This document shows, piece after piece, positions 27,701 through 36,791 of a DNA stretch of 64,000 bases (its first letter is position 1; each line of letters starts with the position of its first letter). Position numbers and translations under genes: made by a program. The DNA lies in the NCBI GenBank assembly GCA_965219995.1, contig CBDCOX010000002.1, positions 2,656,001-2,720,000 of the forward strand, read 5' to 3'. The notes under the pieces were generated by a model that made no database searches, was not told where the DNA came from, and was given only the letters and a program-made list of their open reading frames with translations. This DNA is from Candidatus Latescibacterota bacterium. Its GTDB lineage: Bacteria; Latescibacterota; UBA2968; GCA-2709665.

Positions 27701-27812
27701 TTACGCTGAGGCAGGGGTGTTCGACGTCTCCGGCGCTCCGACTGTACGTTGCCTTCCGTTCTTCCAGTCGACGCCTGCATTGCCTCTCTTCGGTGCTGTC
27801 CCAGGCGGTCAT
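24792..27812 (-). CDS. Heparinase II/III-like polysaccharide lyase
   Basis: DGSTAEGSSYY, GHDHPDALN, SDLGY, STLKHNLVVVDE, YLVDVFRV.GG..HDY; GGAG RBS before MTAWD. Confidence 0.8.
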   Translation of the reverse strand: MTAWDSTEERQCRRRLEERKATYSRSAGDVEHPCLSVRDDNVSIARGNIRRHDWAKKHYEGMLELAEYYAGRSHAWIAGMVPDLSPAQIYGTFCPVCGADNTYNMRWNDRDPDRLVCFHCGATMTDEAFPEEGRLDLPRSGQTLTYYVRPEEKNDPEFTTGRNAFTWAGRRVHSSYSGAVRQQKVHRMPAVARNLAILYRMEGEDRYARASAAILKRFSAVYPTYLFRDYWNTYMDCDPLYACELMAQDRDIARYEVNPCPDQAARSPMKSGSLIQTFWGCGRLSGGGVQSEAHYISMLAEALDLLWDERDARGTLYLTEQERDRIVKDLLVEGLFTFTHWEGINNKVAGCREGEVVLGRFLGVPDYVHRGVEGFEPYLNGFFKFDGSTAEGSSYYLYAVANVRNLPEAAHGYSDPPAYTGKDRYDNLNLYAPGGPYHTVLRARTLMTLPDGRLPHTADAREGPSDWPYPAWIHNVGLVRLGDDFAPFVRMDTGDAYALFNRPAELPPAPPPPVRDRFFPGWLLAIFNTGYDGMFPSDLTGTATLLMSFYQPEGHDHPDALNIAMNVEGVEVLSDLGYIGDHPLNASIRSTLKHNLVVVDEQEQLSRGRRPPGNLQLLAASPATKVIEAECGAYEQAETYRRFCAMVHRGAGPAYLVDVFRVRGGAVHDYAIHGEGRISAPPAQDRPIPLEHRPGVMGRDIEKLRVGRPADPWTVSWTDSGMTMRARMVSPVDEIIVGEGPGQRDHSEIGARNDYLFARKAESGNGTTFVAVIDHFRQDPDILDVQPLSVPDNDSGPVALRIRRRAGVDTVIQTLDQTERTYGDVAFAGRAVVYTRSEEERDSLFLTEATRFTSADLTVALEVASIEGEILDGDRAGFSIGETLPYPDALADHFVRVRDPDQGCWTGYRIRSAAANRIDVDEFPFNTGTAWQIPSFFRIEQISADALLVQTTTPARFSIRTPHCRAFVEYEDDTRTPLETQKTAGMLSFTINPRTLLPGGSILRLL

Positions 27813-28159
27813 GCGGACTCCTTCCTCACGAGAACGACCTTGCATGAACCACGACCCTACCGAAACGCCTCGCCCGTCCTTCCGGAAACGCCTGACGAAA
27901 CCCGGTCGAAGCGACGGCGGCGGTTGAAAAAACCAAAATGGAGAAGGAGTTCGCGCCTGTCAAGAGTAAAGGAGGATTCGTACGAATTCGGCGCCATGAA
28001 CGGCGCCCGGCCGGCGATCTCATGCCGGCATTCAAAAACGATATGACATATCCTTATAAAAATCAATAATTTGCTCAGATCGATCCGCGCGTGAACCTTG
28101 ACGAAACGAGTGTCCCCGCACGCGAGGAAAACTTGTACGGAAAAACCGCTTAAAAAGGG

Positions 28160-28188
28160 TTGACAATTGAACAAAAAAGAATTATTAT
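28160..28188 (+). promoter_or_regulatory. Sigma70-type promoter of the cold-shock gene
   Basis: TTGACA (28160-28165), 17 bp spacer, TATTAT (28183-28188) in an AT-rich patch. Confidence 0.75.
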
Positions 28189-28329
28189 GCATCAATGGCA
28201 ACATGAAGTAGAAGGATGAAGTTTCTGTCTCCTTTGCAGTCCTGAAGTGTGTCTGGCAAGGATCAGAAGTTCCGGTCCTTGCCGTTTTTGGTTTCATCGG
28301 TTTCTAACGTTGAAAGGTGGTGAAGCACA

Positions 28330-28539
28330 GTGCCAGAAGGTCGCGTGAAGTGGTTCAACGACGCCAAGGGTTACGGCTTTATCGAAAGGGATGAGGGCGA
28401 AGACGTCTTCGTGCATTTTTCGGCTATCCAGGGCGAGGGATTCAAGTCGTTGACGGAAGGCGAGGTCGTTTCATTTGAAGTCGTGCAGGGGCCCAAGGGC
28501 TACCAGGCGGCGGACGTCGTGAAACTGGGGCAGGTATAG
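28330..28539 (+). CDS. Cold-shock protein (CspA family)
   Basis: [24 protein letters not shown] (RNP1/RNP2); GTG start. Confidence 0.97.
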   Translation: MPEGRVKWFNDAKGYGFIERDEGEDVFVHFSAIQGEGFKSLTEGEVVSFEVVQGPKGYQAADVVKLGQV

Positions 28540-28589
28540 CTGGTAGGCGCGTTCAATTTTCCCATCTGAGTCCTCAATCGATCCAATCG

Positions 28590-28622
28590 AAGGGCGCCGA
28601 TTCCTGAATCGGCGCCCTTTTT
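28590..28622 (+). terminator. Rho-independent terminator after csp
   Basis: AAGGGCGCCGATTC-CT-GAATCGGCGCCCTT followed by TTT. Confidence 0.85.
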
Positions 28623-28682
28623 ATTGTTACTTGCAGGTGAAACTATCGAAATTCCTCGCCGCCAGGAGCGCCTCCCGTAAAG

Positions 28683-28934
28683 GCGGTAAGACGCAAGACG
28701 TTAGACGGGAGAGGATATCAGTGCCAAAAAAAGGGTAGACGTTAGACGGGAGACGGGAGAGATTGTCTGCCCCGTGTAGTTTCACTTCTTGCCGGAGGCA
28801 TTAAGCGAGAATCAATCGGGCAAGGACGTCATCTACCGTCTACCCTCTTACGTCTCGCCGCCTTCATCTACCGTCTTGCGTCTCACGTCTCCCCGCTCTA
28901 TTCTATCCGTCTTGCGTCTAATGTCTTCCCGCTC
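28683..28934. repeat. Heptamer-periodic inverted repeat element (MITE-like, no ORF)
   Basis: Left arm (AGACGnn)n in two blocks; right arm (nnCGTCT)n in three ~35-bp blocks. Confidence 0.75.
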
Positions 28935-29117
28935 TTAGGCGACCTGATAACGGTGCGCGACACGAGAGAGCTTGATATTGTGCGCAACAATCCTTTAATT
29001 TTACATGGGGTTCCGGGTGTTGGCGGCCACCACGGTCAATGCCGGAACGGGTTCGGAGTCGCCGGCGCCGGCACTCGATGGCCATTTCCTGCAGATCTGT
29101 GAAAAGAATCCTGTGTT

Positions 29118-30485
29118 ATGGAAAACCACTATGACGTGATCGTGATCGGGAGCGGACCGGGCGGAGAAGGGGCGGCGATGAAGGCGACCAAGGAGGGAAA
29201 GCGGGTCGCCATGGTGGACGACCGGCCCGCGGTGGGGGGAACGTGCACCCACCAGACCACGATCCCCAGCAAGGCGCTGCGCCACGCGATCCAGCAACTC
29301 GTGGATACGGGCCGTTACCGCGATTCCCGGCTTCAGGACCTGCTGCGCACGGCGGAGGGCGTCATCCGGAAGCAGGTGGACTTGCGCAAGGGATTCTACG
29401 CCAGGAATTTCGTCGACGTGCTCCACGGACGCGCCTCGTTCGAAGACAGTCATGGAATTCAGGTTCGCCTGCAGAACGGGGGCGCGGGACATTACCGCGC
29501 GGACGGATTCGTGATCGCCACCGGCGCGCGGCCGTACCATCCGCCGGACGTGGACTTCTCGCATCCGCGCATCCTGGACAGCGACTCGATCCTGGAGCTG
29601 AAGGACCATCCCAGGTCGGTGACGATATATGGCGCGGGCGTGATCGGCTGCGAGTATGCGTCCATTTTCAGGGGCCTGCAGATCAAGGTGAATCTGATCA
29701 ACAGCCTGGATCGGCTGCTCACGTTTCTGGATGACGAGATCGTGGATGCGCTCAGCTATCACCTGCGCGAACAGGGCGTGCTGATCAGGCATAACGAGGA
29801 GTACGAGCGGGTGGCGGCGGACGACCACGGCGTGCGCCTGCACCTCAAGTCCAATAAGGAAATCCTCAGCGACTGCCTGTTCTGGGCGCAGGGCCGAACG
29901 GGGAATTCGGACGGCATGAGCCTGGATGAGATCGGTGTTCAGCGGGACATTCGGGGTTCGATTGTCGTCAACGAATCCTACCAGACCGCCAGGAAACACA
30001 TCTATGCGGTGGGCGACGTCGTGGGATACCCCAGCCTCGCCAGCGCGGCATACGACCAGGGGCGGTTCGCGGCCACTCATCTGATATTCGGGGAATGTGA
30101 GGCCCAGCTTGTCAAGGATATCCCAACGGGCATCTATACCCTTCCTGAAATCAGTTCCGTGGGTCTTACCGAAAGGGAATTGACCGCGAACAAGATCCCC
30201 TACGAGGTCGGACATGCGTCGTTCAGACATCTTGCGCGGGCGCAGATCACCGGACGGACCACCGGGATGTTGAAAATCCTGTTTCATCGGGAGACGCTGG
30301 CAATACTGGGCATTCACTGTTTCGGATCCGAGGCGTCGGAGATCGTCCACATCGGCCAGGCGATTATGGCGCAGCAGGGCCCGGGCAATACGTTGATGTA
30401 CTTCATCAACACCACGTTCAACTATCCGACAATGGCGGAAGCATACCGGGTGGCGGCGCTCAACGGGCTGAACAGGGTGCGATGA
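29118..30485 (+). CDS. sthA: Soluble (Si-specific) NAD(P)+ transhydrogenase
   Basis: [28 protein letters not shown] (CxxxxT), [35 protein letters not shown]. Confidence 0.93.
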   Translation: MENHYDVIVIGSGPGGEGAAMKATKEGKRVAMVDDRPAVGGTCTHQTTIPSKALRHAIQQLVDTGRYRDSRLQDLLRTAEGVIRKQVDLRKGFYARNFVDVLHGRASFEDSHGIQVRLQNGGAGHYRADGFVIATGARPYHPPDVDFSHPRILDSDSILELKDHPRSVTIYGAGVIGCEYASIFRGLQIKVNLINSLDRLLTFLDDEIVDALSYHLREQGVLIRHNEEYERVAADDHGVRLHLKSNKEILSDCLFWAQGRTGNSDGMSLDEIGVQRDIRGSIVVNESYQTARKHIYAVGDVVGYPSLASAAYDQGRFAATHLIFGECEAQLVKDIPTGIYTLPEISSVGLTERELTANKIPYEVGHASFRHLARAQITGRTTGMLKILFHRETLAILGIHCFGSEASEIVHIGQAIMAQQGPGNTLMYFINTTFNYPTMAEAYRVAALNGLNRVR

Positions 30486-31150
30486 ATGCTCTTGACGTCA
30501 TCTATATGGACAACCACCTTCTGGTGGTCCGGAAACCCGCGGGCATGCTCGTTCAGGGAGACCGAACGGGCGACGTGTCGCTTCTGGATACCGGCAAGGC
30601 GTACGTGAAGGCGGCGTTCAACAAGCCGGGCGACGCCTTTCTGGGGCTGGTGCATCGGCTGGACCGGCCGACGTCCGGCGTGATGGTTTTTGCCCGGACT
30701 TCCAAGGCGGCTGCCAGGCTGTCCGAACAGTTTCGCGCCCGCAGGATCGGAAAGGTGTACTGGGCGCTGGTGGAGGGGAAGACGCCGGGTGAGGGCAGGA
30801 TGGCGGACAGGCTGTTGCGCGACGGGCCGTCAAGCGCCGTGTCCGACAGGGGCCGGGAGGCGGTGCTCGGGTTCCGGAGATTGCGGTTCGAACGCGGGAT
30901 TTCCTGGGTGGAAGTGCGGCCGGAAACGGGCAGGCATCATCAGATCCGGGTTCAGTTCGCTCACCGCGGGCATCCGGTTCTGGGCGACTTCCGGTACGGC
31001 TCGAGGATCCGATTTCCGGAAAAAAGCCTGGCGCTCCACGCTCGCTCGCTTACGCTGTCGCATCCGACCCGGAATGAGGAGATGACGTTCAGCGCGGCGC
31101 CCGAGGCGTTCTGGCCGGCGAAATTTCGAAAGTTGAAGCACACGGAATAA
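30482..31150 (+). CDS. RluA family pseudouridine synthase
   Basis: [18 protein letters not shown] (catalytic Asp), [16 protein letters not shown]. Confidence 0.93.
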   Translation: MNALDVIYMDNHLLVVRKPAGMLVQGDRTGDVSLLDTGKAYVKAAFNKPGDAFLGLVHRLDRPTSGVMVFARTSKAAARLSEQFRARRIGKVYWALVEGKTPGEGRMADRLLRDGPSSAVSDRGREAVLGFRRLRFERGISWVEVRPETGRHHQIRVQFAHRGHPVLGDFRYGSRIRFPEKSLALHARSLTLSHPTRNEEMTFSAAPEAFWPAKFRKLKHTE

Positions 31151-31151
31151 T

Positions 31152-31179
31152 AGCCACAAAAAGCACAAAAGGCACAGAA
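31152..31179. repeat. Short 9-bp-period tandem tract
   Basis: AGCCACAAAAAGCACAAAAGGCACAGAA directly after the rluA-like stop codon. Confidence 0.45.
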
Positions 31180-31310
31180 TCCGTACGGCAGTTCGGAATC
31201 GACTGTAATCCGGTAGAGAGTTTCGCGGCCATCCGGCGAATGACCCGGTCGCCGTCCAGGAAACAGATTCAACCGGGACAGGTGAGAATCAAACCGTTGA
31301 AAGGAGAAAG

Positions 31311-31709
31311 TTGGTGAACCAGAACGAACAGCAGCCGTTGACCGAGATACAGGTAGACCGGACCAACCTGTACCGCGAAGAGAACTATACAGACCTGAAG
31401 GTGGCGTCGATTCGGAGACTGGTGCCGGTCAATCAGGATGGATCGCCGGACGGGACCCGTCGCCAGAAGTTTGTCGGACAGACCCATCTGATGTCCCAGG
31501 TCGGTCCGCTCCCCGTGCAATGCGACATCGAAGCCGCAGACCTGGAAGAAGCGCTCCGGAAGTTTCCGCAGGCCCTTGCAAGGGCCGTGGAGGAGATGAT
31601 GGAGGATGCCAAGGAAAGGCGGCGGCAGGAGTCCTCCAGGATCGTGGTGCCTGGCGCCGGCGGATTGCCGGGCACGCAGCCGCCGGGCGGCTCCATAAAT
31701 CTGACGTAA
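31311..31709 (+). CDS. Conserved hypothetical cytoplasmic protein
   Basis: AAGGAG RBS; NLYREENYTDLKVASIRRLVPV..DG..D and SRIVVPG pattern. Confidence 0.75.
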   Translation: MVNQNEQQPLTEIQVDRTNLYREENYTDLKVASIRRLVPVNQDGSPDGTRRQKFVGQTHLMSQVGPLPVQCDIEAADLEEALRKFPQALARAVEEMMEDAKERRRQESSRIVVPGAGGLPGTQPPGGSINLT

Positions 31710-31816
31710 CGCGCCGGCTCGAGCGAATATTCTGTCCCGGAAGCCGCCGGGGAATGGCGGCGGAGATCTCCTGTTTCCGGCTGTGAACGGGGCGCATTGG
31801 CGTGCGCCCTGTTTTT

Positions 31817-32689
31817 TTACGGCAGCAGGGGTTTCATGGCCTCTTTGAGTTCGGCCATTTCAATTTCCGTGAGGGGCTTTACGGGTTTGCGGCACGGGCC
31901 CACGGGTCTGCCGGACAGATTGGTTGCGGCCTTTACGGAAGCGTTGTATACGTGGGTCCAGAAAAAACGGTTGGCGGGAAACATGCGACGCCAGAGGTCA
32001 CGGGCTTCGGCAAGTTTTCCCCCGGCGACCAGATTGTACAGATCTACGGCTTCTTTCGGCATGGCGTTCACCGCCCCCCATACGCAGCCGGGGCACCCGG
32101 CAACCAGGCTGAAGAAGGCGATGGGGTCCCCGCCGTTGAAGACCCTTGCGCCAACGGCAAGCAGTTCCTGGATACGCAGAATGTCGGCCATGCTGTCCTT
32201 GATGTATTGAATGTTCCGGATTTCCATAAGGCGTCTGAAGAAGGCAGCCGTGATGTCGATGCCGGTGTGGACCGGGATGTTGTAGACCATGATGGGCGTG
32301 CTGACGGCGTTGGAGATTTCCGCGTAGTGGTCGTACACGCCTTCCATGTCGGGGCCTTCAAAGTAGGGCGGGAGTACCAGGAGGCAGTCCGCGCCGGCGC
32401 CTTCCGCGTGTCTGGCGTATTCGATCGTCTCCGATGTACTGACGGCGGAGGCCATGGCAACGAAGTCGGCCCTGCCGTCGATGTGTTCGGCAGCCAGTTC
32501 GACAAGCCGCCTGCGTTCCTCCGGCCGCAAACAGGCGAACTCCCCCGTGCCCCCGTTGATGAGGATGCTGTGGACGCCGGCTTCCAGCATGGAGTCGATA
32601 TGATTTCTCAGCGCGGTTTCGTCGATCTGTTCACCGTCGTCCGTAAAGGGCGTGCAGAGTGCCGCGCAGATGCCTTTGAGCTGTTTCAT
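31817..32689 (-). CDS. Dihydrodipicolinate synthase family aldolase/lyase
   Basis: GGTGEF, LPPYF, IMVYNIP, YIKDS (Schiff-base Lys); AGGAG RBS. Confidence 0.92.
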   Translation of the reverse strand: MKQLKGICAALCTPFTDDGEQIDETALRNHIDSMLEAGVHSILINGGTGEFACLRPEERRRLVELAAEHIDGRADFVAMASAVSTSETIEYARHAEGAGADCLLVLPPYFEGPDMEGVYDHYAEISNAVSTPIMVYNIPVHTGIDITAAFFRRLMEIRNIQYIKDSMADILRIQELLAVGARVFNGGDPIAFFSLVAGCPGCVWGAVNAMPKEAVDLYNLVAGGKLAEARDLWRRMFPANRFFWTHVYNASVKAATNLSGRPVGPCRKPVKPLTEIEMAELKEAMKPLLP

Positions 32690-32977
32690 TCCGGTCTCCT
32701 CACATCGATGAATCGGACGCCCGGGCCGTGGAAATCGCAGCCGCCGGCGAGGTACCGCCGGTGGCCGGTCCGCTGGACGTTTTTCGAAGGTAAGTTGAGA
32801 TTCGGTTTTCTCCAAGAACGCTTTCGGGAGGGTGAATCTCCCAGAGCATCACGGGGTGAGAAGGGCCTTGACACTTCCCGGGGAAAGATCAATATTGGCG
32901 GAAATCGGAAACGGTCCTAACGCCGGGCACAACGCCGCCTATGGGCTCGCATCGTCGGTTTATCGGAGGAGGTTGAC

Positions 32978-34777
32978 ATGTCGCAGGTCAGGGAAGTTGG
33001 CATTCCGGTTCGCGCGGTAAACCGGGCGCAGTTATTCGCAGGGCGAAACAGCGCAGGCGACCCGTGTCTGTATGCGACGATGTCGCAACAGGCCGCGAAT
33101 CTTTTCGTCCTGCAGATCGATCCGGAAACCGGTCGGTTGCGTCAATTCTGGCCCGAAGTTCCGGATTCGAACTATACCACGGCGGTATATCAGGCCCGAA
33201 ACGGGCGGCTGTACATCGGGGCCGCGCACTCGGGGCAGTTGTATTGCTTCGACCCCGAGCAGGACGATCTGGTGAATTTCGGCACGATCAATGGAACGGC
33301 GGCCATTTTTCCGTGCAGCATCGTCGAGGATTCAAAGGGGCTGATCTGGATTTCCAGCTACGGCACGGCGGACCTGACCAGCTTCAATCCCGAAACCGGG
33401 GAGTTTACCCGGTACGGACGGCTGGACGAAGTGGATATGTACGCCTACTGCCACGTGAACACCGACGACACGGTCGCTTCGCTGATCATGCAGACCCGGC
33501 CGCACGTGGTGGTCCTGGACCCGAAGACCGGCGAAAAACGTACGGTCGGGCCGGTGGTTACGCGCGGCGACGGAACGCTGACGCTCCACCGGGGGGCGGA
33601 CGGCAACCTCTATATTGAATCGAGCGAGGGGAATTTCCGTCTGGAGGGCATGGACGCCGTACCGGTGGAAGCAACCGTACCGGCGGAATCCGTCACGCCG
33701 AAACTGCCCGACGGCAGCACCTTCCGGTTCGTGGACGCGGTGGAGCAGACGTGCAGGATTCTTGAAATTACGGATCCCGGGGGCGCGGCGAAAACCTTCA
33801 ATATCGAATTCGAGGCGGCCGGAACCGATATCTTCTGCCTGCACGGCGGGCCCGACGGATGCGTTTACGGATCCAGCGTCCTGCCGGAGCGGCTGTTCCG
33901 CTACGATCCGGGCGGGGACGACCTGGCGGACCTGGGCATCTGTTCGACCGCTACCGGCGAGGCATATTCGATGGCGAATCTCGACGGGAAGGTATACATC
34001 TCGTCATATCCCGGCGCGAGAATCTCCATTTACGATCCGTCGCAGCCGTACCGTTTCGGCGAAACCCGGGGCAGCAATCCGTGGGACATCGGGCGGGTGG
34101 ACGACATATCGTACCGGCCGCGTTCCACGCTGGCGGGTCCCGGCGGAAAGGTCTGGCTGGCATCGATTCCGGACTACGGAATGTGGGGCGGACCGATCTC
34201 ATACTACGACCCGCGGACAGAAGAAAAGAAGGCGTTTTATCGCATCGTGGGAGACGGAAGCTGCTATACGCTGGCGCATCTGGAGGCGGAGTCTCTGATC
34301 GCCGTCGGCACAACCATCAGTGCGGGAAGCGGGACCCAGCCCAGGGTGGACGAGGCCGTGCTCTTCCTCTTCGACTACGAGAAAGAAGAGAAAGTCTGGG
34401 AAGGCGCGCCCGACCCGCCGGTACACGTCTTCAATGCGCTGGCGGCCGTACCGGATGGTAGGCTCTTCGGCACATTCAGCGGCGCCGAACGCGGATCCGA
34501 GATTTTCGTGTTCGACCCCGCGACGCGGGCGTTTACGGATCGCTTCGCCGCGCCGGAGGGCGGCCCGGTGGACAACGGGCTGCAGCTGGGGCCGGACGGG
34601 ATGATCTACGGACTCACCCACACCCTGATCTACCGGCTTGATCCCGGTTCGCTGACATTTGACGTGATCGTGGAATTGGATGAGAGATTGACCGGCCACG
34701 CGGCGGCCGGGCCCATCGTTGGCAGGGATCTCTATTTCTCTTCCGGGCACCGGCTGATGGCCGCGGAGATATTGTAG
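32978..34777 (+). CDS. Hypothetical beta-propeller repeat protein
   Basis: GGAGG RBS; repeated GPDG..YG / L..YDP motifs; no clear signal peptide. Confidence 0.7.
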   Translation: MSQVREVGIPVRAVNRAQLFAGRNSAGDPCLYATMSQQAANLFVLQIDPETGRLRQFWPEVPDSNYTTAVYQARNGRLYIGAAHSGQLYCFDPEQDDLVNFGTINGTAAIFPCSIVEDSKGLIWISSYGTADLTSFNPETGEFTRYGRLDEVDMYAYCHVNTDDTVASLIMQTRPHVVVLDPKTGEKRTVGPVVTRGDGTLTLHRGADGNLYIESSEGNFRLEGMDAVPVEATVPAESVTPKLPDGSTFRFVDAVEQTCRILEITDPGGAAKTFNIEFEAAGTDIFCLHGGPDGCVYGSSVLPERLFRYDPGGDDLADLGICSTATGEAYSMANLDGKVYISSYPGARISIYDPSQPYRFGETRGSNPWDIGRVDDISYRPRSTLAGPGGKVWLASIPDYGMWGGPISYYDPRTEEKKAFYRIVGDGSCYTLAHLEAESLIAVGTTISAGSGTQPRVDEAVLFLFDYEKEEKVWEGAPDPPVHVFNALAAVPDGRLFGTFSGAERGSEIFVFDPATRAFTDRFAAPEGGPVDNGLQLGPDGMIYGLTHTLIYRLDPGSLTFDVIVELDERLTGHAAAGPIVGRDLYFSSGHRLMAAEIL

Positions 34778-34798
34778 ACTGCCAACCCGGAGGACGTA

Positions 34799-35212
34799 AT
34801 GGCTGAAAAAATCCGGAAGACCGACGAGGAATGGCGGCAGATGCTCACGCCGGAACAGTACCACGTAACGAGAAGAAGCGGAACGGAACGGGCGTTTACG
34901 GGCCGGTATCACGACTTCAAGGGGACGGGGATCTACCTTTGTGTGTGCTGCGGAAACGAACTCTTCCGTTCGGACACCAAGTATGATTCCTGTACGGGCT
35001 GGCCCAGCTTCTGGGCGCCGACGGATAACGCAAACGTGGAAACCGAAGCGGATTCGTCCTACGGCATGGTGCGGACGGAGGTGAAGTGCAGCCGGTGCGA
35101 CGCCCATCTCGGGCATGTGTTCGACGACGGGCCCCAACCCACGGGACTTCGGTACTGCATGAACTCCGCGGCGCTGGACTTTGTGGTGAAAGACGCGGAC
35201 GACGAAGATTGA
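34799..35212 (+). CDS. msrB: Peptide-methionine (R)-S-oxide reductase
   Basis: [12 protein letters not shown] and CSRC zinc motifs, [21 protein letters not shown]. Confidence 0.97.
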   Translation: MAEKIRKTDEEWRQMLTPEQYHVTRRSGTERAFTGRYHDFKGTGIYLCVCCGNELFRSDTKYDSCTGWPSFWAPTDNANVETEADSSYGMVRTEVKCSRCDAHLGHVFDDGPQPTGLRYCMNSAALDFVVKDADDED

Positions 35213-35305
35213 GCAGCCGGCCGCGGCGCCCTGCCGGGTCTTGCTGCCTTGCACGGAGGATTTGAACTCCGGTCCGAAAACACCCTGATCATTGAGGAGC
35301 CATCG

Positions 35306-35767
35306 ATGAGTTTGAATTTCGCCATAACGGAAATCGAGTCGCAGCCCGTCGTGGGCATCCGCGCCACAACCACGATGGAAGAGATCAAACAGGTTATCGG
35401 CGCCCTTTTCGGCGAGATCATGGAATATCTCACTCGGAACGGACTAGCGCCGGCGGGGATGCCCTTCACCATTTACCATGAGATGGACCACGAATCGTTG
35501 GAAATGGAATGCGGGATGCCGGTGGCTTCGCCCGTTGAGGGGACCGAACGCGTTCGACCGGGTGAACTGCCCGCGGGAAAGGTCGCGACCGTAACCCACA
35601 TGGGTCCCTACGAGCAGTTGGGACAGACGTGGTCGGCGCTGATGAAATGGATGGAAGAAGAGGGCCTGCAGCCGGCCTGCGCGCCGTGGGAGGTGTACGT
35701 GACGGACCCCGGCGAGGAGCCCGACCAGTCGAAGTGGCGCACCGACATCTTCTTCCCCGTGCGCTGA
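35306..35767 (+). CDS. GyrI-like small-molecule-binding domain protein
   Basis: GAGGAG RBS; LPAGKVATVTHMGPYEQL, WEVYVTDP, WRTDIFFP. Confidence 0.85.
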   Translation: MSLNFAITEIESQPVVGIRATTTMEEIKQVIGALFGEIMEYLTRNGLAPAGMPFTIYHEMDHESLEMECGMPVASPVEGTERVRPGELPAGKVATVTHMGPYEQLGQTWSALMKWMEEEGLQPACAPWEVYVTDPGEEPDQSKWRTDIFFPVR

Positions 35768-35868
35768 CCGGCAGTGCGGGTATGGAGATTTCGGTGGCAT
35801 CTGCGAGGGCCGCTGGCGAACAGGCATCGGCCCTCGTCTACGTAAACCGGAGGCTTAAGGAGCAACGA

Positions 35869-36681
35869 ATGAAATACCGCTTCGCCGAGATGATCTGGTA
35901 TGAAATCAAGGAAGCCGCCCGGCAGGACCGCGTCGCGGTACTGCCGGTGGCGACGTACGAGGATCACGGCCCCCATCTTCCGGTGGATACCGACGTTGTC
36001 CTCTGTACCGGAATCTGCGAACGGGCCGTGTCCCGGATCCCCTCCGAAGCCGTTCTGGCCCCGGCGATCCCGCACGGGTACAGCCCCCACCACATGGATT
36101 TTCACGGTACGCTGACGATCACGTGGGATACCTTCATCCGTTACGTCAAAGACGTCTGCTGCAGCCTCGCCCACCACGGCTTCAAGCGGATCCTGGTTGT
36201 GAACGGCCACGGAAGCAATACGTCCCCGCTGGATCTGGCGGCCCGGCTTTCGGTCATCGAATACGAGGGCAGGATTCTGTGCGGCTCGGTGAATCATTGG
36301 GGGCTTCGGAAAGTGAAAGAAGCCGGACGCGAGTTGCGGGAGTCGGACTACGGCGGGACCTCCCACGGAGGAGAGTTCGAGACGTCCCTGTATCTCGCGT
36401 TGAAGCCGGACCTGGTGGACATGAGCAAGGCGGTCGACGAAAGGTCGCCCCTTTCGAACAGTTTCCAGTCCGACCTGCTGGCAGGCGGCCATCCGGATGG
36501 GTCCAGCGCGAATTTCACGCCGTACTGGAGCACGAAAACGGCCAGCGGCGTGATGGGCGACGCGACAAAGGCCAGCCGCGAGAAGGGGGAGAAATTCCTG
36601 GAGGCGGCCACAGAGGGCCTGATCGAACTGGTTCGGGAACTCCGGGCGACGGAGATTATGGACCGGCGCGACCAACACTGA
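35869..36681 (+). CDS. Creatininase family amidohydrolase
   Basis: EDHGPHLPVDTD, GYSPHHMDF.GT, NGHGSN, HGGEFETS. Confidence 0.93.
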   Translation: MKYRFAEMIWYEIKEAARQDRVAVLPVATYEDHGPHLPVDTDVVLCTGICERAVSRIPSEAVLAPAIPHGYSPHHMDFHGTLTITWDTFIRYVKDVCCSLAHHGFKRILVVNGHGSNTSPLDLAARLSVIEYEGRILCGSVNHWGLRKVKEAGRELRESDYGGTSHGGEFETSLYLALKPDLVDMSKAVDERSPLSNSFQSDLLAGGHPDGSSANFTPYWSTKTASGVMGDATKASREKGEKFLEAATEGLIELVRELRATEIMDRRDQH

Positions 36682-36791
36682 GACCGGGGTGGAAGGGATA
36701 TCCGTGAAGACGAACGTCTTTACGGGCGGGATTGGAATTCCCGTACGAGCGCATCGTCTTCGAGCGTTTCAGGTTGGATTGAGAAACCCCC

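Noticed and set aside
27857-28297. 146-aa minus-strand ORF between the lyase and csp genes
   Set aside because: Overlaps the AT-rich csp promoter and leader; no recognisable motif or RBS
28683-28934. Possible CRISPR array
   Set aside because: Units are degenerate, abut without unique spacers and occur in both orientations; no cas genes in the window
29118-30485. Candidate for the missing E3 (dihydrolipoamide dehydrogenase)
   Set aside because: It has CxxxxT rather than the CxxxxC disulfide, and the SthA-type C-terminus NYPTMAEAY
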